From: Pseudobacteriovorax sp.
GTDB taxonomy: Bacteria > Bdellovibrionota_B > Oligoflexia > Oligoflexales > Oligoflexaceae
Reading direction: 5' to 3'
NCBI GenBank assembly: GCA_050293845.1
Contig: JBNKNM010000056.1
Coordinates: forward strand, 1 to 28,064
DNA: 28,064 nucleotides
The position numbers and the translations under genes were made by a program. Shown in pieces: positions 26,544 through 28,064 of the stretch (position 1 is the stretch's first letter; the number at the start of each line of letters is the position of its first letter). The notes below the pieces were generated by a model that worked only from the letters and a program-made list of their open reading frames with translations, was not told where the DNA came from and ran no database searches.

Positions 26544-28064
26544 TTAATTCGTAAACATCTCTTTTAGCCATGTTTTGGATTCAAATTGCTCACGCTCATA
26601 GACAGCTCTGAGATCGTTACCCCCATAAATGACTTGTGGTGTAATGGTAATCAGTAATGAGGACTTGATATTCTCACTTCTTGTGTTTCTAAATAGCCAC
26701 CCTAATAATGGGATGTCGCCTAACAGTGGAATTTTTTGGTGGGTGCGATTTTCTCGTGTTTTATTGAGTCCGCTGATAACAGCGGTATTTCCGTTAGCTA
26801 AAGTGACTGTTAAATCTGTCTGACGTTTGTTGATATTTGGTAAACCAGTAGCAGGATCTATAGATCCTTCATTTGCCTCGATATCTACTTTTAGCGTGAC
26901 GTACTTACCACTATGGCTAATGTTTGGTTTCACTTCAAGAGTCAGGTCAGCTTCTTCCTTTTCCACTTTATCGATGTCATTATTTAAACTCGATTGCGAT
27001 GTTTTAAAGAAAAGAGTATCGCCTACTGTAATCGAAGCTTCTTCATTATTTAGAGTTAAAATGTGTGGAGATGATAGTAGCCGTGAATTCCCATCTGATT
27101 TTAACATATTGATTAAGCCTCCCGGTGATACTTTACCTAAACCGGGAATATTAATTTTTGTACCTGATAATAGACCAATAGTAAAATCCTGAGCGAGGGC
27201 TTTGGCAATGTTTAGCTTATCGGTATTACTAATGCTACTCGCGGTATTGCTGCTGGCAGATATTAATGGAGCTACTTTACGTCCTTGCCAGCCCAGAGTT
27301 GTGGTGGCATCTCCTCCTTTACTTGTAATAAATGAAGTGCCGAAAATAAAGCTATTATTAAGGTTTAGGTCAAGAATATTCATTTTTAGGTAAACTTGTG
27401 GCTGTTTGCGATCAAGTTTATTGATGAGTAGATTGAGGGCATCGAAGGAACTTTTGCTTCCCCGAATTATCAAAGCATTCATAGACTCATCAACACCTAT
27501 TTGTACATTATCCTTTAAAGATGACAAATTTACAGTCTTCTTGTTATTTTTTTTTGAACGACGACGCCTAGAAATATATCTTCTTCTGTCATATTGCTTG
27601 GAAGTGTTTATCAAGTTATTAAGGGTGTTAGCTATCTTCTTCGCATTACTGTAATTTAAAAACCTAACCCGGACTCCTCGACCTGTATTGTTATCGTATA
27701 ATGATTGGTCGATTTTTTTAATGTATTCCTTAACTTGTGCGATGATAGCTGTGGTGCCAAAGATTGCGATTGAGTTGGTTCGATTATCAACAATCACCTT
27801 GCTACGACTTCTACGTCTTCGTTTATTTTTTAAGGACATCTGTGTCTTTACTAGATCTTTTACAAGTTGACTGACTTTTTTAGCATCGCGATGCTTGATA
27901 ACAATAAGTTCCAAGTGTGGTTGATTTTCGGCTACATCGAGTAATTGAATAATTCCTAATATACGCCGAATTAAAAAACCGGTGTCGCTAATGATCAGGG
28001 TGTTGGTTTCTTTTAGTGCGACTAATGATCTCGATGATATAAGGCGAGACAGCGTTCTTCGGAC
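26544..28064 (-). CDS. gspD: Type II secretion secretin GspD, 5'-partial
   Basis: Frame open to the window edge; repeated N domains (ETNTLIISD, RTNSIAI, SMNALII), secretin domain SSPHILTLNNEEASITVG and KIPLLGDIPLLGWLFR. Confidence 0.9.
   Translation of the reverse strand, partial: VRRTLSRLISSRSLVALKETNTLIISDTGFLIRRILGIIQLLDVAENQPHLELIVIKHRDAKKVSQLVKDLVKTQMSLKNKRRRRSRSKVIVDNRTNSIAIFGTTAIIAQVKEYIKKIDQSLYDNNTGRGVRVRFLNYSNAKKIANTLNNLINTSKQYDRRRYISRRRRSKKNNKKTVNLSSLKDNVQIGVDESMNALIIRGSKSSFDALNLLINKLDRKQPQVYLKMNILDLNLNNSFIFGTSFITSKGGDATTTLGWQGRKVAPLISASSNTASSISNTDKLNIAKALAQDFTIGLLSGTKINIPGLGKVSPGGLINMLKSDGNSRLLSSPHILTLNNEEASITVGDTLFFKTSQSSLNNDIDKVEKEEADLTLEVKPNISHSGKYVTLKVDIEANEGSIDPATGLPNINKRQTDLTVTLANGNTAVISGLNKTRENRTHQKIPLLGDIPLLGWLFRNTRSENIKSSLLITITPQVIYGGNDLRAVYEREQFESKTWLKEMFTN

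Noticed and set aside
26629..27870. Series of plus-strand ORFs
   Set aside because: Antisense shadows of gspD; the same applies to the short ORFs inside tnpB, metX, metB, msrB, natB and the acyl-CoA operon

Overview
AT-rich bacterial chromosomal mosaic. Gene content (TIGR02147/DUF4423-like regulators, a 7TM-DISM/CheA-like kinase, sigma28-like promoters, GspD) suggests Bdellovibrionota/Oligoflexia; this is an inference. From left to right: a frameshifted IS200/IS605 tnpB with its right end/omega-RNA; a small beta-barrel OMP; a SAM-I riboswitch-metX-metB operon; an Omp85 barrel; msrB; a receiver protein convergent with a membrane HPt/CheA-like kinase; an OMP; a GNAT; a cluster of three HTH regulators, one coupled to a small secreted 'GGMSxG' protein; a DUF4920 protein; a peptidase-NatAB-like ABC operon; a dead tyrosine-integrase fragment; an ACAD10/11 (Lva-like) acyl-CoA catabolic operon; a second 'GGMSxG' paralogue; a YkgJ Cys-cluster protein; and a partial T2SS secretin. 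The best novel-system candidate is the pair of paralogous acidic secreted mini-proteins (mature N-terminus GGMS[G/A]G, IYIG...EIYxDP motif) linked to a palindrome-rich divergent switch of TIGR02147-like regulators. No CRISPR array, rRNA or tRNA was seen. All family assignments come from motif recognition; no searches were run.
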